Assembly (NCBI RefSeq): GCF_004339575.1
Contig: NZ_SMFV01000001.1
Coordinates: 175,119 to 239,118, forward strand
Length of the DNA stretch: 64,000 nt
DNA from: Phorcysia thermohydrogeniphila
GTDB taxonomy: Bacteria > Aquificota > Aquificia > Desulfurobacteriales > Desulfurobacteriaceae
Direction of reading: 5' to 3'
Under the pieces are notes generated by a model. It searched no databases. It had not been told where the DNA came from and worked only from the letters and a program-made list of their open reading frames with translations. The translations under genes and the position numbers were made by a program. Below are positions 9,414-19,088 of this stretch, piece by piece; positions within the stretch are counted from its first letter, which is position 1, and each line of letters begins with the position of its first letter.

Positions 9414-9422
9414 GTCCTTCTT

Positions 9423-9447
9423 CCCCGCTCAACTGCGGGGATTTTTC
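9423..9447 (+). terminator. Rho-independent terminator after the surA..nifX-like gene string
   Basis: CCCCGC-tcaact-GCGGGG hairpin followed by ATTTTTCC, 10 nt after the stop codon. Confidence 0.5.
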
Positions 9448-9527
9448 CAAAATTTCCAGTTTTCTTTTTAAACAAGAAAAAAACATCATCATATAGAGAA
9501 GAGTTATCAGCTTTTCCTTCTTTATAG

Positions 9528-9566
9528 ATGCAACTTAGTTGCAATCAGTAATAAGAAGCATTATTA
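9528..9566 (+). promoter_or_regulatory. Putative sigma70-type promoter (TTGCAA-17-TATTAT) overlapped by a perfect 7-1-7 palindrome, TGCAACTtAGTTGCA
   Basis: Palindrome at 9528-9542. -35 TTGCAA at 9538-9543, 17-nt spacer, -10 TATTAT at 9561-9566. Lies ~40 nt upstream of the peroxiredoxin ATG (9606). Confidence 0.35.
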
Positions 9567-9605
9567 TTAAGACGAACAAAAATACAACACAAAAAGGAGG
9601 AGAGA

Positions 9606-10211
9606 ATGGCTCTCGTAGGACAAAAAGCTCCTGAGTTCTGCCTCAACGCTTACGACCCAGTAAAGAAGGAGTACACTACCGTTAAGCTTTCCGACTACGC
9701 AGGAAAGTTCCTCGTACTCTGCTTCTACCCAGCAGACTTTACATTTGTATGCCCAACAGAAATTGCAGCCGTAAACGCAAAGATTGACGAGATTAGGGCT
9801 CTCGGCGCAGACGTTCTTGCAATTTCTACAGACACCCACTTCAGCCACCAGCTCTTCTGTGAAGTTGAGCCACTCCTCAAGGACCTCAAGTTCCCACTTG
9901 CAGCAGACCCAACAGGAGAAACTGCAAGGAAGTACGGCGTTTACATTGAGGAAGCCGGCCTTGCAAGAAGGGGTAGGTTCATCATCAACCCAGACGGCGT
10001 TATAGTAGCTGAAGAAGTTCTCAACCCACCTGTTGGAAGGAACGTCAACGAGCTCCTCAGACAGCTTGCAGCTTGGAAGCACGTCTACGAGAATCCAAAC
10101 GAGGCTTGCCCTGCTAACTGGAGGCCCGGCAAGAAAACCCTTAAGCCCGGTCCAGACATTGCCGGTAAAGTTGGAACTGTTATCACAATTGACGAGATTC
10201 TCGCCGAGTAA
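9606..10211 (+). CDS. Peroxiredoxin (2-Cys Prx/AhpC family)
   Basis: Strong RBS AAAGGAGGAG. FTFVCPTEI peroxidatic-Cys motif. Full-length Prx fold of 201 aa. Confidence 0.9.
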   Translation: MALVGQKAPEFCLNAYDPVKKEYTTVKLSDYAGKFLVLCFYPADFTFVCPTEIAAVNAKIDEIRALGADVLAISTDTHFSHQLFCEVEPLLKDLKFPLAADPTGETARKYGVYIEEAGLARRGRFIINPDGVIVAEEVLNPPVGRNVNELLRQLAAWKHVYENPNEACPANWRPGKKTLKPGPDIAGKVGTVITIDEILAE

Positions 10212-10215
10212 TTTC

Positions 10216-10240
10216 GGGGGGCTTTGCCCCCTTAACTTTA
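10216..10240. terminator. Bidirectional hairpin terminator between convergent prx and bamA
   Basis: GGGGGC-ttt-GCCCCC stem-loop flanked by T/A-rich sequence, between stop codons at 10211 (+) and 10242 (-). Confidence 0.5.
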
Positions 10241-10241
10241 C

Positions 10242-12599
10242 TTAGAATGGAAAACCAAAGGATATGTGAAGCCTTCCGGGACCTTGGTGGGGAACTTTCT
10301 TAAGCTTATAGCCGTAGTCAAAGCGTAAAGGCCCTACAGGAGTTAGATACCTGAAACCTACACCAACAGACGAATACCAGTCTGAAAGGTTAACATCAAA
10401 GTCCTTAAATTTCTCAAAGACATTTCCTGCATCGTAGAAAAAGGCCAACTGTAAGTTCTCCTTAAAAAGGTAACGCAGCTCAAAACTCAAAAGCCCGTAA
10501 GCCTCTCCTCCTACAAAGTTCCCTTTCTCATCAACTGGAGATATAGTTCCGTACTTATACCCCCTAACGCTTTCAGCTCCTCCAAGGTAGAACCTGTCCT
10601 GAATAGGAATTAAACTCCCTCCGACTGGCTGTATTAAACCAACTCCCCACCTAAAAGCAGCAGTAAATTTTTCAAAGGGAGAAAGAAGGTAGAGAAACTT
10701 AAAGTCTCCCTGATAGTAATCGGTATCCCCTCCTAAGAGGCTGCCGCTAAAAGAGAGCTTAAACCTTGAAAGGAAACCTTTAGACGGATTCGTAACGCTA
10801 TTCCTCTTGTCGTAAGTCTGGATGTAAAAAATAGTCCTTTTAACGAACCTTCTCTCTGTGTTTATAGAGGTATCCCTTACTTTTTCTCTTGCGATTTCCA
10901 TTCCAAAGGTCTGACTGAAAACCTGCGAAGCCTTTCGGGAAAGAGAAAACCTATAAAGAACCCTGTCCGTGATAAAGCTCTGGAAAATTTGCTCCTTTTT
11001 AATAACCGAATATGAAGTCTCGTACTTCTTGAAGGGAAAAGCTGGTTTGCTCAGCTTAAAAACGGCATCGTAACCTTCTTTCTGCCTAAAGTTCCCGAAA
11101 AGGAAGTACCTAACACCAAGTCCCAGTGGAGAAGTGGATGAGAGAAAGCCGTTCAGAATATACCCGGAATCTGTACCCAAACCCACAAAGCCTCTAAGGT
11201 GTAACCTATTCCCCTCTCTAATCTTTATTACCTCGTTGATACATCCATCTGCCTTAAAGTCGTCAATAGTTACAGAGGAGAAAAGCCTACTCCCTATAAG
11301 GCGGGAATATTGACCGACAACTCCTTCCCTTGAGTAGACCTGTCCCGGGGAAAGGGTGAATAGGTTCTTTATCCATTTAAAGTTAGTTCTCTTAAGCCCT
11401 GAAACGAGGACAAAACCAAACCGGTAAAGTTTACCCGGAGATATCGCAACGTTGAGGGTTACAGCCTTTTCTTTCTCTAAATCCTCAAAAGTTTCAGAAA
11501 CGTCAACTCTAACATCGGGATAGCCCTTCTTGGCATAACACTCAATTAATTTACTTTTCAGCTCTTCCAGCCTTTTCACAGAAAAAGGAAAGGGAAGCTT
11601 TAATCCCAATTTTGTAAAACACGCCTCCGAATCACCTGTAACCCTTACGGCCGTAACTACATACTTCTTTCCCCTTTTAACCTTGAACTTCAAGCTACTA
11701 CCAACAAGAGTGTAGGTAACTTCAACGTCCCTGTAACCTTCCTCAAGCAATTCTCTCTTTAAATAGAACCTAAGCCTTTCCAGCTTTTCTTCGGAGAAAG
11801 GAGTATTCACAATATCAGAAAATCCTTGGGGCACCTGCAGACCATCGGGAATGAGGAGCTCCTTAACTAACACTCTTTTACCTTCATTAACGATAAAGAC
11901 TACAGTAGCCGAACCGTCCTCTTCCTTTACCTCTACATCTACCTTTACGTATGGAAATCCCCTGTTCCTGTAGAACTTTTCAATGTTTTTCCTTGAGTTC
12001 TCAAGCTCAAACTCATCAACCGAACGGGCAGTCCGAAAGGTAAGAAGGGAGGAGAGCTCCTTACTTGAAAAATGGCTGTTACCGACAAACTTGAAGGTGT
12101 ACTTCTTTCCCGGCTTAACACTTACAGAAAGGGTAGGAGGACGGAAAGAGTAGCTAACTGAAACGTTGTAAAAACCCTTCTCAAAAAAGAAATTTTCTAC
12201 CTTCTCAACTACAGATTTAACCCTGTTAAGATCAAAAGGCTTTCCTTTAAGGGATGAAAAACTTTTCAAGAGGAAAGGACGAAACTTTTCGGGAGAAACA
12301 ATCTGAAGTCTTTCAACGTAAAGAAGCGGCCCTGAGCTAACGTTTACAACAAGGGTATAGCAGTCAGGAAAACCAAGACGCTCAAAACGAACAGTAGCCT
12401 CACGGTAGCCGGAGGAACGAAGCTTTAGAAGGAGAAGCTGTTTAACGTTCTCTAAGGACTCAGGAGTTAGCCTTTTTCCTTTAAGTAGGAGCTCCACAGT
12501 TCTCTTAACTTCTGTAAGCTGTTCGGGCAGTCCTTTAAACTCCACCCTTCTGACAAGACTGCAGCTTTTAACGATTACCTTTTCTCCCTTCACCTCCAC
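10242..12599 (-). CDS. bamA: Outer membrane protein assembly factor BamA. The annotated GTG start is probably too short; the signal peptide is encoded upstream, to ~12806
   Basis: POTRA repeats followed by an Omp85 beta-barrel ending ...RLHISFGFPF. The upstream in-frame sequence (no canonical start) encodes [22 protein letters not shown]. Confidence 0.9.
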   Translation of the reverse strand: MEVKGEKVIVKSCSLVRRVEFKGLPEQLTEVKRTVELLLKGKRLTPESLENVKQLLLLKLRSSGYREATVRFERLGFPDCYTLVVNVSSGPLLYVERLQIVSPEKFRPFLLKSFSSLKGKPFDLNRVKSVVEKVENFFFEKGFYNVSVSYSFRPPTLSVSVKPGKKYTFKFVGNSHFSSKELSSLLTFRTARSVDEFELENSRKNIEKFYRNRGFPYVKVDVEVKEEDGSATVVFIVNEGKRVLVKELLIPDGLQVPQGFSDIVNTPFSEEKLERLRFYLKRELLEEGYRDVEVTYTLVGSSLKFKVKRGKKYVVTAVRVTGDSEACFTKLGLKLPFPFSVKRLEELKSKLIECYAKKGYPDVRVDVSETFEDLEKEKAVTLNVAISPGKLYRFGFVLVSGLKRTNFKWIKNLFTLSPGQVYSREGVVGQYSRLIGSRLFSSVTIDDFKADGCINEVIKIREGNRLHLRGFVGLGTDSGYILNGFLSSTSPLGLGVRYFLFGNFRQKEGYDAVFKLSKPAFPFKKYETSYSVIKKEQIFQSFITDRVLYRFSLSRKASQVFSQTFGMEIAREKVRDTSINTERRFVKRTIFYIQTYDKRNSVTNPSKGFLSRFKLSFSGSLLGGDTDYYQGDFKFLYLLSPFEKFTAAFRWGVGLIQPVGGSLIPIQDRFYLGGAESVRGYKYGTISPVDEKGNFVGGEAYGLLSFELRYLFKENLQLAFFYDAGNVFEKFKDFDVNLSDWYSSVGVGFRYLTPVGPLRFDYGYKLKKVPHQGPGRLHISFGFPF

Positions 12600-12784
12600 A
12601 TCATATCCAAGGTGGTAAAGGAGAGAGGAGGTAACAGAAATACAGTCGCTAAACTGACAAACTTGCGGAAGCTGGTCATTTATCTGCTTAAGAAGCTTCC
12701 TGTCAAAAGAGACGCCCTTATCAACCTCTACGACGACAGAAAACGCCCTTACCGGCCAAAGCAGTAAAAAAAGGAGTAGGAAAA

Positions 12785-13708
12785 TTAAACAATTCCCTTT
12801 ACGTATGGCGTCCCCCCGAAGAAAATCTCTCTGACTTTACCCTCCTCTATAAGGAGAGAAACTGCCCGTTCAACTTCCTCCTCAGAAACGCCTAAAGCAG
12901 AAGCTATCTCATCAATCGGACAGGGTCTTCTGACAACAATGCCGTACACCTCGTTTTTAAGCTCAAGAGCTCCCATCTTCCTCTTTTCTCTTTTGAAACC
13001 TGCAACGATTTCCGTAGAAGGATATCCTACCCTTTCCTTTATCTTTTCAAGCTCTAAAAGCGAGAGTCCCTTGACGCTATAAGCCGGCGGCCTAACAACC
13101 GTATTAAGTTGCCACTTGTGAGGTTTTAACTGGTGAATTATCTCTCCTATTTTTTCCACTTCCTCCGGACTGTCATTAACGCCCTTAACAAAGAGGGTCT
13201 CCACCCAGACCTCGCAAGGTGTCTCTTTAATGAGCCTCTCTATACCTTCTACGAGCTGTTCCAATTTAAGCCCTTCAACCGGCCTATTAATCTTCTCAAA
13301 TGTAGACTGAGTCGCTGCGTCAAGGGATGGAAGGACAACGTCTATTTTTTTTACCTCTTCAAGAACATCGTCTCTATAAAGGAGAGAGGAGTTTGTTAAA
13401 AGAGCTAGCCTATACGAGTAATTCTCTTTGAGAAAATCAACGAGCTCACCTAACTTAGAGTAAAGGGTAGGCTCTCCGTAGCCGGAAAAAGTTATAAAGT
13501 CTATATCGGGTGAAGCTTTCAAAAACTCTCCAAGCTCCGATTTGACAGAATCAAGGGGAACGTATTCAAGTCTTGAAGTCGTTTTTTCGCTTGTTTTCCC
13601 TACCTCACAGTAGAGGCAGTCCATACTGCAGACTTTGTAAGGGACAAGGTCAACACCTAAAGAGAACCCAAGGCGACGGGAGAAAACTGGCCCAAAAACG
13701 TACTTCAT
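12785..13708 (-). CDS. Radical SAM domain protein with a C-terminal winged-helix-like region
   Basis: N-terminal [30 protein letters not shown] (CxxxCxxC). 307 aa. Its 3' end overlaps the likely bamA 5' end by ~22 nt. Confidence 0.7.
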   Translation of the reverse strand: MKYVFGPVFSRRLGFSLGVDLVPYKVCSMDCLYCEVGKTSEKTTSRLEYVPLDSVKSELGEFLKASPDIDFITFSGYGEPTLYSKLGELVDFLKENYSYRLALLTNSSLLYRDDVLEEVKKIDVVLPSLDAATQSTFEKINRPVEGLKLEQLVEGIERLIKETPCEVWVETLFVKGVNDSPEEVEKIGEIIHQLKPHKWQLNTVVRPPAYSVKGLSLLELEKIKERVGYPSTEIVAGFKREKRKMGALELKNEVYGIVVRRPCPIDEIASALGVSEEEVERAVSLLIEEGKVREIFFGGTPYVKGIV

Positions 13709-13788
13709 TGCTCCTCCTAAGGAAAGGAATGGGTAAAATATCTACTCAAAAGAAATTTATACAAAAACTTGGAAACAGAGAGGAAAAA

Positions 13789-15309
13789 ATGGACAGAGCT
13801 CCAGAAATCAGGGAGCAGTGGAACACTAAACTTGGACTCATCCTCGCAATGGCCGGAAATGCAGTAGGTTTAGGAAATTTCCTCAGATTCCCCACTCAGG
13901 CCGCAGAAAACGGCGGCGGCGCCTTTATGATTCCATACATGATAGCAATGCTCATAATAGCGATACCACTAATGTGGACAGAGTGGGCAATTGGAAGGTA
14001 CGGGGGCGCAAGAAACCACGGAACAACGCCTGCGATATTTAAGCTCTTTTGGAAACATCCCATTGCCAAGTATATCGGAGTCCTTGGACTTTTTATTCCC
14101 TTTGTGGTCCTCTGCTACTACATCTATATAGAGTCATGGACCCTTGGCTACGCTATCTTCTCACTCTTTGGAATGCTTCCCCACCCAGACCCAAGCCTAC
14201 CACAGGACCAGTATTTAAAACCCTTTTCAGAATTCCTCCAAAATTACACAAAACCCTCAGTAGTTGCCTACATCTTTTTCCTCATAACCGTAGCCTTTAA
14301 CGCTTACATCCTCTACAGAGGGATAAGCGGAGGTATTGAAAAGTTCGCAAAAATAGCAATGCCCACCCTTTTCATTTTGGCCTTCATCCTGATGGTCAGA
14401 GTCATCCTCATAGAAACGCCAAACGGAACTGCAGTTCAGGGACTTGACTTCCTGTGGCACCCAGACTTTTCTCAGCTCTCAAACCCAAAGGTGTGGCTCG
14501 CCGCAGCAGGTCAGGTATTCTTCACTCTAAGTCTTGGATTTGGAGCAATAATCACCTACGCGTCTTACATTAAGAAAGACGACGACATAGTTGCTTCAGG
14601 ACTTTCCGCAGCTTCTCTTAACGAGCTGGCAGAGGTTATCTTAGGCGGTTCTATCGCCATTCCTGCAGCCGTCGCCTTCTTTGGAGTAGTCAACGCTCAA
14701 GCTGTTGCAGAGAGTGGAGCCTTTAACCTTGCCTTCGTTAGCCTTCCAGCGATTTTCTCCAACCTCACGGGAGGAAACGTAATAGGTTTTATATGGTTCT
14801 TCCTCCTCTTTTTTGCCGGAGCTACTTCTTCTGTAGCTATCAGCGTGCCAATCGTCGCCTTCTTGCAGGACGAGTTCAAACTCAGCAGGAAAACGGCAGT
14901 TACTGCAACCCTCATCTTTATGTTCTTGGTAGCCCAAGTACCGATATTCATGCCGAGAGCTCTGGACGAGATGGACTTCTGGGCTGGAACCCTCTTAGTG
15001 GTTCTCTTTGCGCTCCTTGAAGTCGTAATATTCTTCTGGCTCTTTGGAGCTAAGAAGGCGTGGGAAGAGATAAACAGAGGAAGCCTCTTCAGAGCTCCAA
15101 GGTTCTACTTCTACGTCCTAAGGTACGTAACTCCTTTAGTCCTATTTGCAATACTTGCAACTTGGAGCGTAACGATTCTTCCCAAAGTGCTCCTAACGGC
15201 CGACCTACAGGTCTGGATAGCAAGGTTCGTAATGGTATTCATCTTTGCCCTCCTGCTCTTTATGGTTTACCTTGCAGATAAAAGAAAAACTGTAGAGGAG
15301 ATGAAATGA
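13789..15309 (+). CDS. Sodium-dependent transporter, neurotransmitter:sodium symporter (SNF) family
   Basis: ATG at 13789 with [39 protein letters not shown] is the NSS signature. 12 predicted TM helices. The ORF-track start at 13573 is an artefactual extension that overlaps the radical SAM gene. Confidence 0.85.
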   Translation: MDRAPEIREQWNTKLGLILAMAGNAVGLGNFLRFPTQAAENGGGAFMIPYMIAMLIIAIPLMWTEWAIGRYGGARNHGTTPAIFKLFWKHPIAKYIGVLGLFIPFVVLCYYIYIESWTLGYAIFSLFGMLPHPDPSLPQDQYLKPFSEFLQNYTKPSVVAYIFFLITVAFNAYILYRGISGGIEKFAKIAMPTLFILAFILMVRVILIETPNGTAVQGLDFLWHPDFSQLSNPKVWLAAAGQVFFTLSLGFGAIITYASYIKKDDDIVASGLSAASLNELAEVILGGSIAIPAAVAFFGVVNAQAVAESGAFNLAFVSLPAIFSNLTGGNVIGFIWFFLLFFAGATSSVAISVPIVAFLQDEFKLSRKTAVTATLIFMFLVAQVPIFMPRALDEMDFWAGTLLVVLFALLEVVIFFWLFGAKKAWEEINRGSLFRAPRFYFYVLRYVTPLVLFAILATWSVTILPKVLLTADLQVWIARFVMVFIFALLLFMVYLADKRKTVEEMK

Positions 15310-15400
15310 CAGGGAGCTCCCTCCTATTTATGATTTTCTCTTGGATGGTGGTCTTTGGATTTGTAGTTTTCTGCTTCACGGTTATACTGAGAGAGGGAAA

Positions 15401-18115
15401 ATGATAAGGCTCAGAAGTCTTAAGCTACACGGATTCCTCTCTCACAGGGAAACGGAGCTCACCTTTGATGACGAGGCCTACGTAATCCTTGGGGAGAACG
15501 CCTCAGGAAAGACCTCCATCCTCAGGGGAATCTTCTTTGCACTCTTTGGGAAAGACTTTACTGCCGAAAAGTTAGAGAGGGTAGTAAACAGGGACTCAAC
15601 GAGTTTACAGGTGGAGCTCTCCTTCCTCCACAGAGGGACTAACTACAGGATTAAGAGGAAGTTCTCGGCGCTAAGGAAAAAGAGCGAGGCAGAGCTCTAC
15701 AAAGGAAACGCCTTATATGCAAGTGGCGTAAAGAACGTAAACTACGTAATTGAAAAGGAGCTCGGCCTTGACTCACATCTATTCAGGAACACGGTTTACG
15801 TTCCACAGGGAGAGATACTCACCCTCTTTAACCTCCAGAGGAAGGAAAAGAGACAGGTTCTAAACAGGCTACTGGGCTTAGAGGAAATCGGTAAAAGGCA
15901 CGAGGAGGTAAAGAACTTTATATCAAGGCTTAAGGCCCTAAGGGACTCCCTCCTTAAAAGTCAGGAACTCTTAGAGGAGATAAAGTCTGAGCTTTTAAAA
16001 ACGGAAAAGGAAATAGAAGAAAAAGAAGAGGAGCTAAATGAAAAGAGAGAACAGTTAAAGGAAGAGGAGAAACTATTAAAAGATCAGGAAAATCTCTACG
16101 AGAGCTTAGTAGAGAAGAGAGAGAAGTTCCTAAGGCTCACAGACAGCCTCTCCCGTGTAGAGAAGGAGATAAGGGAAAGGGAAGCCGAGCTAAAGGAGCT
16201 ATCCCAGAGAATAGAGAAGGTAGAAGCCCTTAAAGGGAAAATTCCTGAGTTAAGGGAGTGTGTTAAGCTCCTCAAGCCCCTAAAGGAGATAAAGTCCCTC
16301 CTTTCTCAGATTGCAGAAAAGAAAAATGAGCTCTTAGCCCTCCAGAAGGAAACCTTAAACCTTGAAAGGATAAAGGAGGAGGTGGAGAACCTCCAGAGTG
16401 AGATACCGGAAATTGAGAAGGAGCTAAGGGAAACGGGAGCTCTCCTTGAGGAAAGAGAGAAGGAGCTAAAAGAGGCCGAAGAGAAGTTAAGGGAACTGAG
16501 AGAAACCGAAAGGTTTTATAGGAGCCTTTTAACCTCCCTTAAGGAAAACGAAGAAAGGCTTAAAGGAGTTGAGGAGGAGATTGAAAAAATCCCAAAGGTA
16601 GAACCTCAAGAAAGGGCCAAGGAGGTAGAAAGGTTAAAGTCAGAAGTGGAAAAGATAAGGGAGGAACTCTCAGCTCTAAGGGTCAAAATCTCTGAGGCCA
16701 AGAGGAAAGAAAACCTACTTGAGGAAACAAACAGCCCAGAGTGCCCCGTATGTGGCTCTCCGATGGAGGAGGAAAAGAGGAAAAGACTCCTACAGGAGAG
16801 CAGAAAAATAGTAAGAAAGGCTGAAGAAGAACTAAAAAGGCTTGAGGAGCTCCTTGAATCTAAGGAAAGAGCCCTTAAGGAGTCCGAAAAACTACTAAAG
16901 GAGGAACTTGTTAACGCAGAAAGGAGGAAGGCCTTAAAGGAGGAAGAGAAGAGACTGAAGGAGAAACTAACAACACTTCAGAGGAAGCTAAAAGAGCTAA
17001 ACTTTAAAGAGGAAGAAATCTCTTCACTTGAGAGAAGGGACTCAGAGCTAAAGAGGGAAGTAGCCAAGCTAAAGGAGAGGAAGGAGCTCCTAAGGAAGAG
17101 ACTATCTGAAACGGACAGGAAGCTAAAGGAGCGCAGGACTAAGTTCTCAGAGGAAAAACTGAGAGAGCTCCAAAAGAAAATAAGAACTATAGAAAAAGAG
17201 ATAGAGGAGCTCCTTTCAAAGATAAAGGAGATAAAGAGGGAGCACAACCTCAAGGTATCAAAAGCGAGGGAAGTTGACGGTGAAATAGAGAAACTTGAAA
17301 AGCTAAAAGAGGAGCTAAATAAGATAGAGGGCGAGGTCAAAAACCTACCTGCCTACATTGAAGAAAAGGGCAAGAAAGAGAAGAGACTGAAGGAACTTAC
17401 AGAGGAGAGGGAAAACCTCTTAGAGGCCATAAAGAGGCTTGACTTTAAAAAGGAAGCCCTTGAGACCGTTGAAAAGACCTTGAAGAAACAGAAGGAAACT
17501 GTTGAAACCCTTAAAAGCTCCATCTCTAAGCTTGAAGGGGAGTTAAAGGCTCTGAGGAAAAAGGTAGAGCTTGACAGGGAAAAACTGAAGAGAAGGGAAA
17601 AAGAGTCTAAACTCCTTGCAAAAACGGAGGATTCTTTAAGAATCCTCAAAGCAGTCTCAGAGGGTATCCACCCAGAAAAAGGCTTCCTCCAGAAGGTTAG
17701 AAAATCCCTCCTGCCACAGATTTCCCGCTACTGCAGGGAGTTCTTTGAGGAGTTTGACTTTGAGTTTGGGGACTTGGAAATCTCCGAGGACCTCACGGTA
17801 ACTTTTAGCGTTCCCGGTGGTGGGAGGGTGGAGCTCTCAGACTTTTCAGGTGGACAGCAGATAGCCTTTGCCCTCTCCCTCAGGTTTGCAATGGCACGCT
17901 ACTTTGCCCAGAACTTTGAGCTCCTCATACTTGATGAGCCCACAATTCACCTTGACCAGCAGAGAAGACAGGCACTAACAGACCTGCTACTAAAGCTAAA
18001 AGTTAAAATACCCCAGATGGTAATCGTTACCCACGACCCGGAGCTTGAAGTCGTCGGAGACAGAGTTATAAGAGTTAAAAACGTTAACGGAGTTTCAGAA
18101 GTAACCGTAAGCTAA
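15401..18115 (+). CDS. sbcC: SbcC/Rad50-family SMC-like ATPase with zinc hook
   Basis: ATG at 15401 (RBS GAGAGGGAAA). Walker A GENASGKTS, a ~600-aa K/E-rich coiled coil with central CPVCG zinc hook, C-terminal signature/Walker B LILDEPT. No adjacent sbcD/mre11. Confidence 0.8.
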   Translation: MIRLRSLKLHGFLSHRETELTFDDEAYVILGENASGKTSILRGIFFALFGKDFTAEKLERVVNRDSTSLQVELSFLHRGTNYRIKRKFSALRKKSEAELYKGNALYASGVKNVNYVIEKELGLDSHLFRNTVYVPQGEILTLFNLQRKEKRQVLNRLLGLEEIGKRHEEVKNFISRLKALRDSLLKSQELLEEIKSELLKTEKEIEEKEEELNEKREQLKEEEKLLKDQENLYESLVEKREKFLRLTDSLSRVEKEIREREAELKELSQRIEKVEALKGKIPELRECVKLLKPLKEIKSLLSQIAEKKNELLALQKETLNLERIKEEVENLQSEIPEIEKELRETGALLEEREKELKEAEEKLRELRETERFYRSLLTSLKENEERLKGVEEEIEKIPKVEPQERAKEVERLKSEVEKIREELSALRVKISEAKRKENLLEETNSPECPVCGSPMEEEKRKRLLQESRKIVRKAEEELKRLEELLESKERALKESEKLLKEELVNAERRKALKEEEKRLKEKLTTLQRKLKELNFKEEEISSLERRDSELKREVAKLKERKELLRKRLSETDRKLKERRTKFSEEKLRELQKKIRTIEKEIEELLSKIKEIKREHNLKVSKAREVDGEIEKLEKLKEELNKIEGEVKNLPAYIEEKGKKEKRLKELTEERENLLEAIKRLDFKKEALETVEKTLKKQKETVETLKSSISKLEGELKALRKKVELDREKLKRREKESKLLAKTEDSLRILKAVSEGIHPEKGFLQKVRKSLLPQISRYCREFFEEFDFEFGDLEISEDLTVTFSVPGGGRVELSDFSGGQQIAFALSLRFAMARYFAQNFELLILDEPTIHLDQQRRQALTDLLLKLKVKIPQMVIVTHDPELEVVGDRVIRVKNVNGVSEVTVS

Positions 18116-18125
18116 CTTTTCGGAG

Positions 18126-19088
18126 GTGGAGTTGATAAAAGTAACCTTGGAACTCAGCCCAGAGGACTTCTACACGATAGTGGGACACAGGGAAGAGAAC
18201 CTCAAAAAGCTTGCAGAGATTCTAAACGTTCAGCTCGGTTCCCGTGGCAATGAAATAATGATAAGCGGTAGCGTAGAGAACGAGGAGAGGGCTAAGAGGT
18301 TCTTTAAGGAGCTTGAAGGGCTTGTAAAGTCTGGACACAAGCTAACAAAGGCAGACGTTGATATGTACATGACGCAACTCTCAAGTGGAAGAGAGGCGAA
18401 AATAATAGAAACTGCAGAGGAAATCGTTACCACCTACAGGGGAAAGAAAATCGTCGCAAAGACGCCGACACAGAAGAAGTACATAGAGGCCATAAGGAAG
18501 AACGACATAGTTTTTGGCGTTGGGCCTGCAGGAACGGGAAAGACCTACTTGGCCGTTGCAGCAGCCGTCTCCTACTTTAAGAGCGGAAAGATTAACAGGA
18601 TTATCCTCACAAGGCCTGCCGTTGAGGCCGGAGAGAAGCTCGGATTTCTGCCCGGAACTCTTCAGGAGAAGATAGACCCCTACCTTAAGCCCCTCTACGA
18701 CGCCCTATTTGAGATGATTGAGCCGGAAAAGGTCAACTCCTTCTTAGAGAGGAACATATTTGAGATAGCTCCACTTGCATACATGAGAGGAAGGACTCTA
18801 AACGACGCCTTCATAATCCTTGATGAAGCCCAGAACACGACAAAGGAACAGATGAAGATGTTCCTAACGAGGCTCGGTTTTGGTTCAAAGGTTGTCATAA
18901 CCGGAGACATAACACAGATTGACTTACCGTCAAAGGAAAGGTCGGGACTCGTTCAGGCCCTTAAGATTCTTAAGGACATAAGGGGAATTGAAATCGTAGA
19001 GTTTTCAAGGAAAGACGTTGTAAGACACAGACTCGTTCAGGAGATAATAAAGGCCTATGAAGAGCATGAAAGCGGAGAAGAGGGATAA
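18126..19088 (+). CDS. phoH: PhoH-like ATPase (KH domain plus PhoH)
   Basis: GVGPAGTGKTYLAVA Walker A and the PhoH family blocks (ILTRPAVEAGEKLGFLPG, ILDEAQN). Confidence 0.9.
   Translation: MELIKVTLELSPEDFYTIVGHREENLKKLAEILNVQLGSRGNEIMISGSVENEERAKRFFKELEGLVKSGHKLTKADVDMYMTQLSSGREAKIIETAEEIVTTYRGKKIVAKTPTQKKYIEAIRKNDIVFGVGPAGTGKTYLAVAAAVSYFKSGKINRIILTRPAVEAGEKLGFLPGTLQEKIDPYLKPLYDALFEMIEPEKVNSFLERNIFEIAPLAYMRGRTLNDAFIILDEAQNTTKEQMKMFLTRLGFGSKVVITGDITQIDLPSKERSGLVQALKILKDIRGIEIVEFSRKDVVRHRLVQEIIKAYEEHESGEEG

Noticed and set aside
9567-10245. ORFs overlapping the peroxiredoxin gene (9567..10082 -, 9784..10005 +, 10033..10245 +)
   Set aside because: The peroxiredoxin frame has a strong RBS and a full conserved fold. 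The others are Cys/Ser-rich shadow frames.
13573-13788. N-terminal extension of the SNF transporter ORF (start 13573)
   Set aside because: It overlaps the radical SAM gene on the opposite strand by 136 nt. The ATG at 13789 has a proper RBS and immediately precedes the conserved NSS N-terminus.
16978-17649. Ser-rich minus-strand ORFs within sbcC
   Set aside because: The reverse complement of the GAA/AAG-rich coiled-coil coding region gives Ser/Phe/Leu low-complexity artefacts.
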